From contig CAJINV010000003.1 of the NCBI GenBank assembly GCA_905178155.1, positions 6,229,985-6,293,984 of the forward strand: 64,000 nucleotides of DNA, in the 5' to 3' direction. The notes beneath the pieces are model-generated. The model saw only the letters and a list, made by a program, of their open reading frames with translations, was not told the DNA's origin and did no database searches. This stretch comes from Amoebophrya sp. A120 (lineage: Eukaryota > Protista > Dinoflagellata). Every line of letters starts with the position of its first letter. Within the stretch, counting starts at the first letter, position 1. Positions 52,193-64,000 of this stretch are shown here, in pieces. The position numbers were made by a program, and so were the translations under genes.

Positions 52193-52636
52193 TTATTGTT
52201 CAAAGAAGTCTGAGAACTGTTCGGCCCTCGACTGGTTTGCGTAGCGCATGTCGTTCCCGCAGCCCACGACTTTTACTTCCTCCTTCTTCGCTGCGTCTGC
52301 AACCGCGCTACCGGTAGTGTCCGCCACGGAATTCGCTCGGCTCAAATCCCCGCAAGCCGCACACCGAAACTGCGTCTTCCCGGCCGAGACCCACCCACAC
52401 CCGAGAACTGGATGGTCGCAGTGCACGTTCTCGCAGATCTGCAGGCGATTCACGCCTCCAAAAGTCTTTTTCAAATTCACCTTGAAGCGGTCCAGGGCGG
52501 ATTTGTTCCACACCTGGTACGAAAACCACTCGAACGGCGTCACCCGCGCTTCGCAGCCGTTCAAATTCGGTTGGCAGCAGTGGGCGCAGATGTCGTTGGG
52601 GCTGAACTCGTGCAGGAACGGACGGAAACCCGACAT
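52193..52636 (-). CDS. Cys-rich hypothetical protein exon (possible Zn-binding)
   Basis: CAHCC, CENVHC and CAAC motifs; GC-rich third codon positions. Confidence 0.45.
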   Translation of the reverse strand: MSGFRPFLHEFSPNDICAHCCQPNLNGCEARVTPFEWFSYQVWNKSALDRFKVNLKKTFGGVNRLQICENVHCDHPVLGCGWVSAGKTQFRCAACGDLSRANSVADTTGSAVADAAKKEEVKVVGCGNDMRYANQSRAEQFSDFFEQ

Positions 52637-53448
52637 GCAGGACTAGAGAATATCGAACTATACTTCGAGAGAAATACCCGCATCACAAGATGTTTGTCGG
52701 CCCATTCTGGGAATGAGAAAATTGCGTGCGGCGCGCCGACGGTTTGGAGACGAATCCGTTGAACGGATTGAGATTACCATTTTCGCTGTTTGACTTAGGC
52801 TTATCACAAAGGCCCTAGGTACTAGAGGGTCACAGCCGTGAAATTTGGAAGTAAATTAACTCCGACTCACACACAACAACATAATCGAAAAAATGTTCGC
52901 TCTCTCGATTAGATTCTGAAAGTTGCAGGGGTGCATATTCATAAGTAAACAACGCTTTGCCAGCCGATGCCGAGCAAACTCGATCAACGACACTGTCGCA
53001 CACGGCTTTTCACAGCTATGGCGAAGCAAATCTTCGGGTCAAGCAGGCATGACTCTCAGTGGCTCCGCCGAACGGTTTCATCACTCAGACTCAGAAACTC
53101 TCCGGGTGCAAACGCAAAGCCTCACGCTGTGATTCACTCAGAGGATGGAAAGAACAAACAGTCGTAGAAGCGCTCCGAAATGAAAGTCCCTGAGCTCGCT
53201 ATGTGAAGGAGCTTGTCTATCAAAGCACGAGCTCGGGTCCATGGTTTGAATGAGTGAGCCTTCCTTGTTTCCGCTTTTGTGGAGTGAGTCGCTCTACCGC
53301 GAGCGAGCAAAAAATGTCTGGAAGGAGATTGACCGTGTTCAAGTACTAGAGTACTAATCGTCCATACAGGGATACGACAGTACGCACCGATGTGAAGAAA
53401 GCAAAGGTGGAAATTGCAATATGAAGCCGATCACGTCACTCAGTAGGG

Positions 53449-56228
53449 TTAGGATCCGTGCGCGACCTTTATCTCTATTCTCAACGCCGCCACAGCAGTA
53501 CACGCTGCTGCCATCTCTGCGTCTTTCTTCTTTCCGCGCACGATGCCGCAAAACTCCAGAAGCGTGCCAGGCTCTGACTCGATTCGCACCTTGGCCTGGA
53601 ATTGCCCGACACCTCCGCCAGACAGCTGCTCATATACCGGCGCGGTCCGTCGAAGCTTTTGAAAGTGCTCCTGCAAAGCGTTCTTGTAGTTCACTCCTGG
53701 AACTGGCGTGGGGAGTGAAGAAACTCCAGCGTCGGGTACGCCGCCGCCCGCTTCCCCAACATCCTGCGTAGCGTCCGTCGCTCCTTCTACCGGGCCCAAG
53801 GGCGGCGCTGCAGGGCCTGATGTCGGCGCACTGGCATCCGCGAAGTTGGTTGGGACGTTCATCTCCGGCGCGACCGCGTAGGGTCCGCACATATTTGAGG
53901 TCTCCCGAATTGCTATGGCGCTTGGTTTCAGGGCTCCCGATTTGTCCGGGGTCAGGTAGTCCTTCTTGACCAGGAGGACTAACGCAACCAGTACGAACCA
54001 GCTGCGTTCCCGTTTGGCCGCGTTGCCGGGTTTCTTCGCTGCGCTCGGCCACAGCCGTGCATCATCAAAACCAACCTCGCCCCAATGCTGCCGCACGTCC
54101 TCGGCCGTGACGCTAATTTCCCCCTCTGGAGTGGGAACCACCACCTTTTTCAGCACCTTGCGCTCCTGCGGGGGGAAAGTGCAGGTCTTCTCCGTTTCGT
54201 AAAGAAAAAAGTGTGCGTCGGGCTTCACGTTTTGCTTGATCACGAGCTGCAAGTACTCGTTAAAGATTCGGCTGGCATTCGAAACATCGATGGCACCGTG
54301 GTCCTCATCCAGACGAAAGGGATGCACGTTCGGGCCAAGGGACTCTCGGTCTGCTACAGTTTGGAGACGCGCCTGCTCTCGCTGCGCGTCCGTCGTGCCC
54401 AAGTTCGCGTTTCCCGCAACCTCCTCCAGTTGCTTCCGCATCCGCTCCATTTCGGCCCAATCGCTTTCGAAGAAGAATATTTTGGCAACTTTGGATCGAG
54501 CGCGACCACTTCCCTGAATGTGGCTCTTGACGGTGGTGACGGCGTCAAACCAGACGACCATGTTACATTCCGGCACGTCGATTCCCTCCTGCAGAACCGC
54601 AGTAGCGACCAAAAGATTTGTCCTCCCTGTCCGAAAATCTTCCATCACCTGAAAGAGAAATCGAAATGAAATAATCATGTAGAAAATCTCTGTGATTGTG
54701 CATGATGAGAATCAGGAACAATAAAACAAGAACATCCACCCGCAGCGCGACCGCGTAAGTTGCCAGCACCAGTGGTAAAGGGCGGCGCTGCCTCAGTTGG
54801 TACCTTTCGAGCCTTCGCGTCGTAGCTAGATCTTGCCTCTTCCCTGCCACCAGCAATGCAGCCGACCCTATATCGTGCTAGCTCCAGTAACATTCGCAAT
54901 GGTTCGGTCATCACGCGTTCTTCCACAAAGATGATACCACGCCCCTCGGACTCTTTCACATTTTCCCGCTCAAGGAGGTCGAGTAGAGCCACGAACTTGG
55001 GCGACACTTCCTCTTCCCGACGTGCGAAGATCGTCCCCTGTTGTTTCATTTCGCGGCACTTGCCGCGCAATTCTGCCTGCTTGTCCGCCATATGATTTTT
55101 CAGCAGCTCTGCATCCTTTTTCTTTTCTGGGCCTTCCGGCTCAGCTGCGGAATACATGGCGACCATGTCGGCCTTCTTGCTCAGCTGCGGAAGTAAGCAC
55201 TCGGAAAGAAAGTACTCGAACGCACTCCATCCACACTGCGTAAGAAGGAGAGCGGCTTTTTGGGCGTGTCTGCCTGGGTCCCGCAAAGGAATGCCAAACT
55301 GGGCGATTTCCGTAAGCCACTGCTCCACCTCGCGCCTTGCTTCTGCCACTTTTTCATCACGCAGCAATTTGTCGCGGTTCCAAGCCACATTTTCGTACTG
55401 CACCTCTCTACGACTGCGGTGGCCTTCTTGATCATGCTCCTCTTCTGACTCGTCAACAACTCCATCAGCAGTACCCGCTGCGGGCGGAGGAGCACCTGAG
55501 CGCGAGGAGTGCGCGGAGTGTACTGACTGAGCACTGCAAAACGAATCAATACGGTCCCGGCCAGTTGCGCGCCCGGTTGCCACCGGAGGAGCGTCTTCCG
55601 GAGTGTAAATGGTGGCCTGCAGAAGCTTTTCGAGGTCAGCGCGCTCTTGCTGCAAGGCGTTCACCTTTCCTCCGCGACAAAAGCTGGCGGTGAGGCCAAG
55701 AATCCGAGGCCTTTTTCTGTTTTCCTGTTGTTGCTGGCAGTGCAGTGCATTCCGGCAAATTAACGCCATTGGGGACTGTCCTCCACAATTGTGACACTCA
55801 TCAAACACAACAACCGACAACTCCTCCGGGTCCAAGAGGCGCTGATCCAGTAGAATTCGTCGTGCAACTTCAGCGGTTGCCACTATCACCTTGCTGCGAT
55901 TCACTTCGTGTTGCCATTGGTCGGGCCCCCAATTGCTGGTCGATGCACCGCGCAGGTCCGAAACCGAGGCAGACCGGTGAGGGAGCTCCGTACGGAGGTA
56001 CTGCGTCTGTTGCAGTGCGAGTTCGTTCGTCGGCACCACGAAAAGCGCCTTCTTGGTATCTTCCAGCCCATCGCTCGTGTGCCCGTCCTCCCCTAACAGT
56101 TCGTCTATCAGCATCGCGGCGATCAACGTTTTTCCAGTGCCGGTCCCCAGATTCACAATGGTATTTTGCTGCTGAGCTCGCTCCAGCGCTTGTAGCTGAT
56201 AGCTACGCGGGGTGCTGTAAACAACCAT
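53449..56228 (-). CDS. Dicer-type DExH helicase with DUF283-like segment and C-terminal dsRBD, no RNase III
   Basis: PRSYQLQAL...NTIVNLGTGTGKTLIA, VVFDECHN, PRILGLTAS, GIIFVEER, NLLVATAVLQEGIDVPECNMVVWFD, HIQGSGRAR. dsRBD NYKNALQEHFQK...PVYE...FQAKVRI...KKKDAEMAAAC. GT-AG intron 54649-54803. Confidence 0.88.
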
Positions 56229-57409
56229 TTTCTACTTCTGTGCAGTGACGCTCTACTGCAACTCAGTCAAAGGGGGAGAAGTAGTAGTACAATGATTATG
56301 ATATGCATAGCAAAACAGAGAGCACCCGCTCAAGAAACTGGAGCCTCACAAGTTCAGATCACAAACCAAAACGTCGAGGCACATCAAACCATACAGCGGC
56401 AAGCTGTGCCCACTTCTATTAATAATGATATCGTAGATTCTCATCTGGGAATATGATCCCGGCAGGTGGACTGGCACAAGTGTGACTATCAGAGATTGGG
56501 GTGGGTGTCATGCTATCTACCGTCTTTTTCTTTAGGTGGTCTTCATACTGAGAACCTGATCTAGGAGGAACTATTGATCCGTCTCCCGCTTCGGGCCGTG
56601 CTGCTTCTTTTTTCTCGATCTCTTTCCCCGGGTTTTTCACAACCAACGGTCAACAGAGCCCCTTGCTTTTCTCGACCCATCTCCTCTACTTCATCACAAT
56701 GGTAACACGAAAGCGATCATTGCACCAGAGATGGTGTCTCAAGCAAAAAAATGAACCAGGCGTTGCCTGATGTTCAGACATCTCTTCAAAAAGAACGCGG
56801 TCTGGTGCTGTTCGGCGATGTAGATGCTTTCCTGGAGGATCGACCTTCATCTCTGAACGACAACTACCCAACAAGAACGACTGTTAAATTTAAGCTTTTG
56901 TGTTGATACATAACGCTGAGAAGAAGTTACTTAAAACAAGAAAGACAAACTACACGCTCTTCGCCCTGAAAATGCATTGTACATGATGCAACAAAACATT
57001 CGACTCATACTACGCTAGATCGACGTATCTTCCGGTGTTAATAGACCACCGCGAACTAGAAACCTCAGAAGTAGAAGATAAAGTACTTAGCAAGATTCTA
57101 TCAAAGAAACATCTCTCAAGGATCGCTTTTTTTCTTTGAATGGAGAAAGCTTTCACGCTTGATTACCCCAAGCTCCTTCTGGGACTCCGCAGCTGCAGCC
57201 AATGCAGCTTTTCTTGTCTTCAATGTCAGAAAGGATTTTCTCACTTTGACGTCCTCGCTGCGCTGCAGGATCGACGTTGCAGCCACTGTCGGCGCCGCTT
57301 CACGAGGGAACAATGGCACAGCAACGTCGTTGTTTTCATCGGCCGGACAGCAACTGGCGTCTTGTTCCTGCAGGCGCTCCTCGATCGTTTGTATGGTAGT
57401 TTTCGAGGA

Positions 57410-57783
57410 GCCTAGCATCATGTCTGTGGCACGGTCTTGCCTAGCATCATGTCTGTGGCACGGTCATGTCTCGCATGCGCGGGAACAGTCCGGTAGAAGC
57501 CCTAAGGCCCAATTGAATACCTAGATTTTCAATGAAACCGATGAGACCGAAGGTCGTAATGTCTCGAAAGACGATACAAAGAGAAACGGCGCTTCGAAAA
57601 GCACTACATGAATGGCTGGCGTAGATCGGCTTGGCGAGGAATAAGGACTCGATCTTCCAGATTGGCCTAGCATCATGTCTGTGGCACGGTCATGTCTCGC
57701 ATGCGCGGGAACAGTCCGGTAGAAGCCCTAAGGCCCAAATGAATACCTAGATTTTCAATGAAACCGATGAGACCGAAGGTCGT
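57410..57783. repeat. Local direct duplication (~119 bp x2 plus a 27-bp partial copy)
   Basis: 57439-57557 matches 57665-57783 nearly exactly; GCCTAGCATCATGTCTGTGGCACGGTC also occurs at 57410-57436. Confidence 0.9.
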
Positions 57784-60700
57784 CGAGGGAAGCTACGCCA
57801 GCGCCACCTCCTAGTTGTGACGGCGGCACAGAAGAAGTACGCTCCCCACCGTCGTCTGCGTTGCCGTTCTGTGGGGGAACCGCGACTGGACTTCGTGTCG
57901 AATCACGACCATCTGCCGCTCCCCCGGCCTGGGTGGTGGTGGCGAAATTTCTAGTCTGTGTTCCAATTGCCGGTCTCCCGGCGGCCGTGGTAATTGCGAC
58001 GCGAGTCTCGGTTTCCGCACTCACGCCGGTCGGCGGCGTCGTCGCCAACTCGGTCACGGCTTTATTTGCCGACCCCGCACTGCGCATGACCGTGGCGCCA
58101 AAAGGCAGGAAGACAAAATCGGGCACCGCAATTCCGGTTGTTCCCGTGTCGCTCATCTTCCCCGCCGGCTTTTCGAGCAGCAAGTCGGTGCTCATGGTGA
58201 CGCCGCCGTATTCCGCAGTGGCGGTCAGTTTGCAATTCGCACCGACGTCCACCAGCACGCGCGCCAGCCCGTGGAAAGTGGTCTGGTGCGCCGTTTTCGG
58301 CGTGGTCGGCCGGTCGGGCTCGCAGATGCGGTTGTTCGAGAGCGGGTCCTCTACGCACACCGGATTCCCGTTTCCCGTGCCGAGCAAGGTGCACGCGGGT
58401 TCTTCTTCCAGGCGAAAGCGGGCGAGCACGTCGAAATCCGTGCCCGTTTTCTGGTCCGCTGGGTCCAGCCCGTACCCCGTGGGCACGAGGATATCCCGGA
58501 AAAAACACCAATCCCCATCCATTTTTTGCATGGCATCAAGCACTGAATTTTATGCATGTTTTGCATGACAAATTGGATGGGGATGGGTGTTTTTTTGTGG
58601 ATAGAGGATTCCGTCCTTGTCCAGCAGTTCGACGCGGACCACCGCGGTGTACTGCGCCTGGTGCGTCATGTACCGGCTCTCCGTCGGCCACTCGAGCGAC
58701 ACCCGGAGCTGCCGGGCCCCGGCATCGCGCGGCTTGGTGCGTACGTCGCGCGCCACCTCCACGTCGTTCGCGTCGTACCCGATGGCCTCGATCCGCTTCA
58801 CCACTTTGCCAAACCCCACGTTTTTCTCGAAGACCTCGTCGAAGGCCCACTTCAGCTTCTTACAAGCCAGCTCCGCCGTGATGGTTTTCTTCCCGAGCGA
58901 CTGCGGCGTGGTGGCCCACTCGTTGCCACCAACGTTCTCGTTCGCGACGTACCGGACCAGCTCCACTTTCGCCAGATTCGAATACACCCACACCCACCGG
59001 GCGACCCCCAGTGTGCCGCCTTCCGGCGGGTTTCCCCGGTAGGCGTTCCACCAGTAGGGCGCAACCAGGTGCAGCACCGGCATGCCGTCGGCGGCCACGG
59101 GGGCGAAGGGCAGCACCTTCTGGCTCTCGAACAGGGCGGCCCCTTGCGCGCTGTACTGCCCCAGAAACATGGCCTTGAAGTACCACGCTGTGTCCTTCGG
59201 GAAGCCCGCGAAGTCCACGTGGCCGAAATAGGACAAGACCGGAACAGGGCCGGATGTTTTGAAGGGCCGCATGGGCGTGGGAAATCCGCGGTAATCGAAG
59301 CCCGCCCAGATAAAGTAGCCCGCAATGTAGTCTCGCTCCTTGATGTTGCACCAGTACTTCTCCACGTGCCACCCGTCCTGCTGGTTCCGCTGGTACACGT
59401 CGTACGCCGAGCACTGCTTCCGCGAGCCCGCAACGTCCGCCGCCCCGTAGTCTTTCCTGTAATCGTCGTAGTACTCGCCGCGAGAGCGGTAGCCGCCCGA
59501 AGCCTCCGACGCAATGATGGCCTTCTGGTACGTTCGCACGGTTTTGGATTCGTGCACCTGCGTGTACATCCACGGCCAGTAGTTCATGCCCACGACGTCG
59601 AGCGACTTCACCATCTCACTGAGCTCCCCATCCACGAGTCCCCAGTTCTTGTTGCAGCCCGCGGTGACGGGGCGCGCGGCGGTGCCGACTTTCGGGTCGT
59701 GCTCGCGAATCAGCGCCTTCATGTGGTTCATGTTCTGCACGACCTTGCGTCTATTGTCCCACGGACACGACCGCGTGGAGGAGTCCTCCCCGTAGGGACA
59801 GCACAGGTGCTCATTGCAGATACTCCACAAAAACACGCTGGCACGGTTGCGGTCCCGCCGCACGAGAATGCGCATTTCCCAGTTGTACTGCCACGAGTTT
59901 TTGTTGTAGTGGTTCTCCGCCTTCACGAGCATGCCGATTTCGTCGGCCTTGTCCAGGATGGCCGTGTTCTGCATGTTGTGGCTCATGCGCCACGCGTTTG
60001 CCCCCATCAGGTCCCGCGAGGCGGCGACCCGGTAGCTTGACCTTTACTTGCACGTCGTCCAAAAAGAACCCACCGTCGTAGGTCCACGCAAACTTGCGAA
60101 ATCCGAACCGGTTCGTGACGACATCGACCAACGTCCGTCCTCCGGTTGCTGTTGTTGCTCCTGGTGGTGATCCTGCTGATCCCCCCACAATAAATACCTC
60201 GAGCACCGCCTCGCACAGCCCGGGACTCGCAAGGCCGTTCCACAAGACGGCGCTTGGCACCTTTACCGGCGAGTCGAAAGCAACTTTTTGGACAGCTAAG
60301 GACCCTTCGCTGCCGAAGGTGAGCGAGAAGTCCACGGCTCCGGTGTACACTTCGCGCGTTGTGGTGGCGGGAAATGATCCTGCGTCGTCGTTGTTCTTTC
60401 TCCCACCCACCTGAAACACAGAGAGCCGCAACTGCCCCGCCACGGTTCGCGTCGTCCGCGGTTGGGCCTTCAGGCGGTCCCTTGCCGCACGCGGGCGATG
60501 CTTGTCCGGAACCCCGCCGTCTTCGTGCACGTCGAACGGGGTCAGCTCCACGACGGGTGTCACCTCCGCGTCGGCGACGCGCACTCCGGAATTTTGGCCG
60601 AGCTCTCGTATCGTGCCGGTCACGATGCCGGGCAGGTACACTCCGTGCGTGGCAACGCGCAGCACGGAGCTTGCCCGCTCGAGGAACGCATGCCGGTAGA

Positions 60701-61632
60701 TGCCACCTCCGTCGTACCACCAGGTGCCCTTCCAAACCGAATCGGTCGGCTTCTCGTCGTAGATGGGTTTCGAATCGCAGTACACCAAAATCGATAGCGA
60801 CTCACGACTTCGTGCCTGTTTTGTGACGTCGTACTCCCGGGGCGTGTACGCATCGAGGCTTTCCCCGACGAATTCATCGCTCACCCAGACCTTTGAGCCC
60901 CACGCCACTCCGTCGAAGCGCAGCCAGTACTGGAAGCTACCGTCCGCTGTCACAAACGTGTCACGGTCCAGCACCAGCTCTAAGTAGTACCATCCTTGCT
61001 TGAGTGGCAAACTGCTAAAGGCCGCACTTCGATCCTTCCATTCGGGGTGTGGCTCCAACTCGATCATGAAATCGTGCGGCAGGATATCCTGACCAAAAAC
61101 GTCCCCACCGCGGCAGAGATGTCATGCTAAAAGGCATGCCAAAAATGTCTCTCATGCGCAAGAACCCCATGAGAAGCGTTCTCCAATGCTGTCCGGCCGC
61201 TTGTCGTGCGGCAATCAAGATGAGACGATCGATTTTTAATGCGGCTGCACTACCTAAACACCCTCTCACTAGCGTCCCGAACCTGTCATGCGCAACAGCA
61301 AAAGCCCAGTTCTTGCCTACAGGGTGGAGACCTTTTTCCTCGGGATACAGTACCGTGGGTTGCCACTTTTCCAGCGTGCTCCGCGTTGGAGCCGGTGGCG
61401 GAGATCCATCTTCACCGAAGCCGTTTGCCACTTCAACGGTATTGCCGGAGGTACCCAGCCACGAAGACAAGCATGGCCTGCCACTCTCCACGAGACAAAA
61501 CCGCCAAGGCTGTCGATCGAGCAAAATAGATTGCCGGGGTACTTGAGCAGTAGCGCGCGCGCGTGGCGCAATCTCTGCCGACAGGCAAACAACGACACAT
61601 GATATAGCCCGAAGCGTGCGCTGTGGAATCAT
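57755..61632 (-). CDS. Secreted glycoside hydrolase family 2 (beta-galactosidase-like), with an unexplained frame break near 60035
   Basis: Signal peptide, LPHDF, LRFDGV, WWYDGGGIYRH, FGFRKF, MGANAWRMSHN, RDRNRASVFLWSICNE (acid/base), IIASE (nucleophile), GYFIWAGFDYRG, FGHVDFAGFPKD. TIR introners 61085-61347 and 58492-58603. Confidence 0.88.
58492..58603. mobile_element. 112-bp TAT-ended TIR introner in GH2, TSD GAGGA
   Basis: TATCCCGGAAAAAACACCAATCCCCATCCA ... TGGATGGGGATGGGTGTTTTTTTGTGGATA. Excision gives LDKDGIL-VPTG. Confidence 0.93.
61085..61347. mobile_element. TAT-ended TIR introner in GH2, TATCCTG family, TSD CAGGA/CAGTA
   Basis: TATCCTGACCAAAAACGTCCCCACC ... GGTGGAGACCTTTTTCCTCGGGATA. 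Excision gives WQPTVL-PHDFMIE; mismatch synonymous (GTA/GTC). Confidence 0.9.
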
Positions 61633-62360
61633 TCTGTCAGAAAAGGTCCTTAGTTGAATCTAATTCTTGTTTCACAAGAAAGCTACTTTTGCGCTAGCTC
61701 AGCTTCACAGCTGGAACGCAGAAAAAACGCCAATACACTAAGATCTACTTCGGTTGAAACGGTAGGCTGCCACTGCGAGCAAGCACGGAGTGACATTTTT
61801 CACTAGTATGATTCATTACAAGGGCGACAAGGACATATACCATCACGCGTTGTAGAGATAAAGACCGCCTTCACGAAGAGCAAATCCGCTACGAACATAC
61901 GACTTACTTTTTCCCTGAACGATAGCTGGAGCGCGATTCTGGACTGGGCGGGAAAAAGTAGTACCATTACGCACATGCCACGCGAACGCTTGTAGTAACC
62001 TTTCCCTGGCAGAATCCGAAAGCAGCACGAGGGAACAAAGTCTAGCGCTGGAGGTTGTTGACCTGTGTACCACGATTCACGAATCACAATCAACACGATT
62101 TAGAACTTACTTGAACACAGCTCTCTTTCTTCCGCTTTCGACATTTAAAGCGTTCCGCGCCCGCTCGTAAGTGAGCAACTAGCCTCGAGCGGAAGGACTC
62201 AAAGGGTCCCCCGTTCCACAGCTAGAGTGACAGAGTATACAGCCTTAGGGCGAAGAGAGATTTTTGAGGTTCTGTTCAAAGCAAGCACACGGGTTTGATC
62301 ATATAGCGTCTATGACCGATTGTCTCTTCTCGAGGAAGCTACGCACGCTTCGTAGATTCT

Positions 62361-63242
62361 TTAATCCTCCTCTTCATCGGCGTTGATGTTGAAGTAGCGG
62401 AGCTCGTAGGTCTTGCGGCTCGGAGCGACGACGTGCAAAAAATCGCGCAGCTGCTGCTTCTTCAAGTACTTCTTGGTCAGGTACTTCAAGTATCTCTTGG
62501 AGAACGGCAGTTCCGCATTGACGGTAATCTTGCTCTTGTCCCGAGTGATCTGTGATTTTTAAAAGTTGGTTATTGGCGAAATATCCCACTGAAGTTTTGG
62601 TTCATTTCAATTTCTTCGCGTTGTACTGTCTGCACTACTCAAAAAATTTCGGACTCACGGAGCGCACGTGACATTTCCACATACTCGCGGAGCGCGCGTT
62701 AACGACTCACGGAGCGTGCGTTATACTGTGCGCAGCGCAGTACAAAAACCGTATCGCAACGCCTTGATTGGGACACACAAACTTTGCGCATCAGCTTCAC
62801 GCTGCTAATGATCTATCTGACTCTGCTACTCTCACATCGAAATAGTAGGAAATACATGCTTGTACCTTCACTTTGTCGCCGAGGTTTCCGGTTTTGTTGT
62901 TGACCTTGATGCGATCCTTGAAGAATTGCTCGAGGCCCGCCGGGTCCATAATGTTGTCATCGACAGGCTGTTGGCAGTCCACCACAAAGGCAACCTGTTT
63001 GCAAAGATGTTTCAGTGATTCTTTTTGAGTTGTACAACACTTCAGAGCTTTTTGAGTTCAGTGATACTTTTTAAGTAGTTCTGGACAGATATAATGCAGA
63101 GGATCACGACTCATACATCATCCTGCGTCGCATGACCAAATAAACTAACACTGCACCAGGAGCAATTTCACACAAAAAAAAGTGATACGTTGACTTTCTT
63201 GCCCTTGGCGACGGACTTCTTCTTGAGGCCCTTAATCGTCAT
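62361..63242 (-). CDS. RPL22: 60S ribosomal protein L22e (eL22), 3 exons
   Basis: [18 protein letters not shown]|[43 protein letters not shown]|[42 protein letters not shown]...[15 protein letters not shown]. Confidence 0.96.
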
Positions 63243-64000
63243 TTTGTGTGATGCTTTGTGTGCTAGAACTCTCTACTACTCTTCCGTAGGCTCGTGCGTC
63301 CCTGTTGAGAATCAAAAGACAAATAATTCGATAACAGGAATCGAAACAGGCAGCAAATGGGATCGTGTCAGACAATTTAGAACAATCTACGCCATGATCG
63401 GAACGCATCTCTTCATAGATCCTCCACAAATATCATTTCGGGCAGAACAAGTGGATCGACCTCGATCCTCTGTCGTGACCATCATGATGATCGTCATTTC
63501 CATTGACCAGGGGATCGTTCGGTTTTGATGAAGATCGACTTTGATTTACATTGAGGTAGGGATCATGTCTCTGTGGGGCTTCTCAATTCCGAGATCTAAG
63601 CAAAGCCAAAACTTCCATCCTCAGTCCAGCATTTGGATCTAGATTTTAGCGCAGCTTCATTTTTTGATCATCAGTAAAATCTCGCCGCACGGATCTTTCG
63701 GCTTTCGATTAAACTTCCCGAGAAAGACCGATTCCCTCTGAATGTTTTCAAGCACGAGATCGAAAGAACAAATCAGACTACCTCAGAAAAACGACTTTTT
63801 TTGTGTCGCCGATCCTACGGTCGCTGGATACAAAATACACTGGAATCAAAATTTCAACCCTTCTCTTTTTATCCTCAGACACTTGATTTCGAAAGGAAGA
63901 TCCCAAAACAAGAAGTGGAAGTCCATGTCTCTGCTGTGAAAAAAACATCCAACCATTTATAATTGGGGCGGGAAAAACAAAAAAAAGTGAGTAGTTCGAC

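Noticed and set aside
20087-60040. Long plus-strand ORFs (e.g. 20087-21100, 31426-32352, 58556-60040)
   Set aside because: Antisense shadows of GC-rich minus-strand genes with no recognisable motifs.

Overview
Gene-dense eukaryotic DNA, most likely from a syndinian/dinoflagellate parasite (Amoebophrya-like; inferred from gene content, intron style and layout). All ~20 recognisable genes lie on the minus strand: PHYHD1-like dioxygenase, cytochrome c peroxidase, nuclear ATP synthase subunit c, eIF3i, LSG1, an LRR protein, an Arf-like GTPase, a transglutaminase-like protein, an MDR oxidoreductase, a GAF-thioredoxin fusion, an RNase III-less Dicer-type helicase, a GH2 glycosidase, RPL22 and several hypotheticals. 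The dominant feature is a set of 16 non-autonomous insertions (112-821 bp, several TIR families) with one shared grammar: 5'-TAT(N~7)AAA...ATA-3' terminal inverted repeats and a 5-bp target-site duplication. Fourteen sit inside coding sequence, and removing the element plus one TSD copy restores the reading frame exactly, so they behave as non-canonical hairpin 'introner' introns. Only one can be read as GT-AG. Two copies of one family sit in opposite orientations relative to their genes, one element splits the proton-carrying Glu codon of ATP synthase c, and one is an 821-bp foldback. Exon joins and coordinates were worked out by eye and need RNA-seq confirmation.
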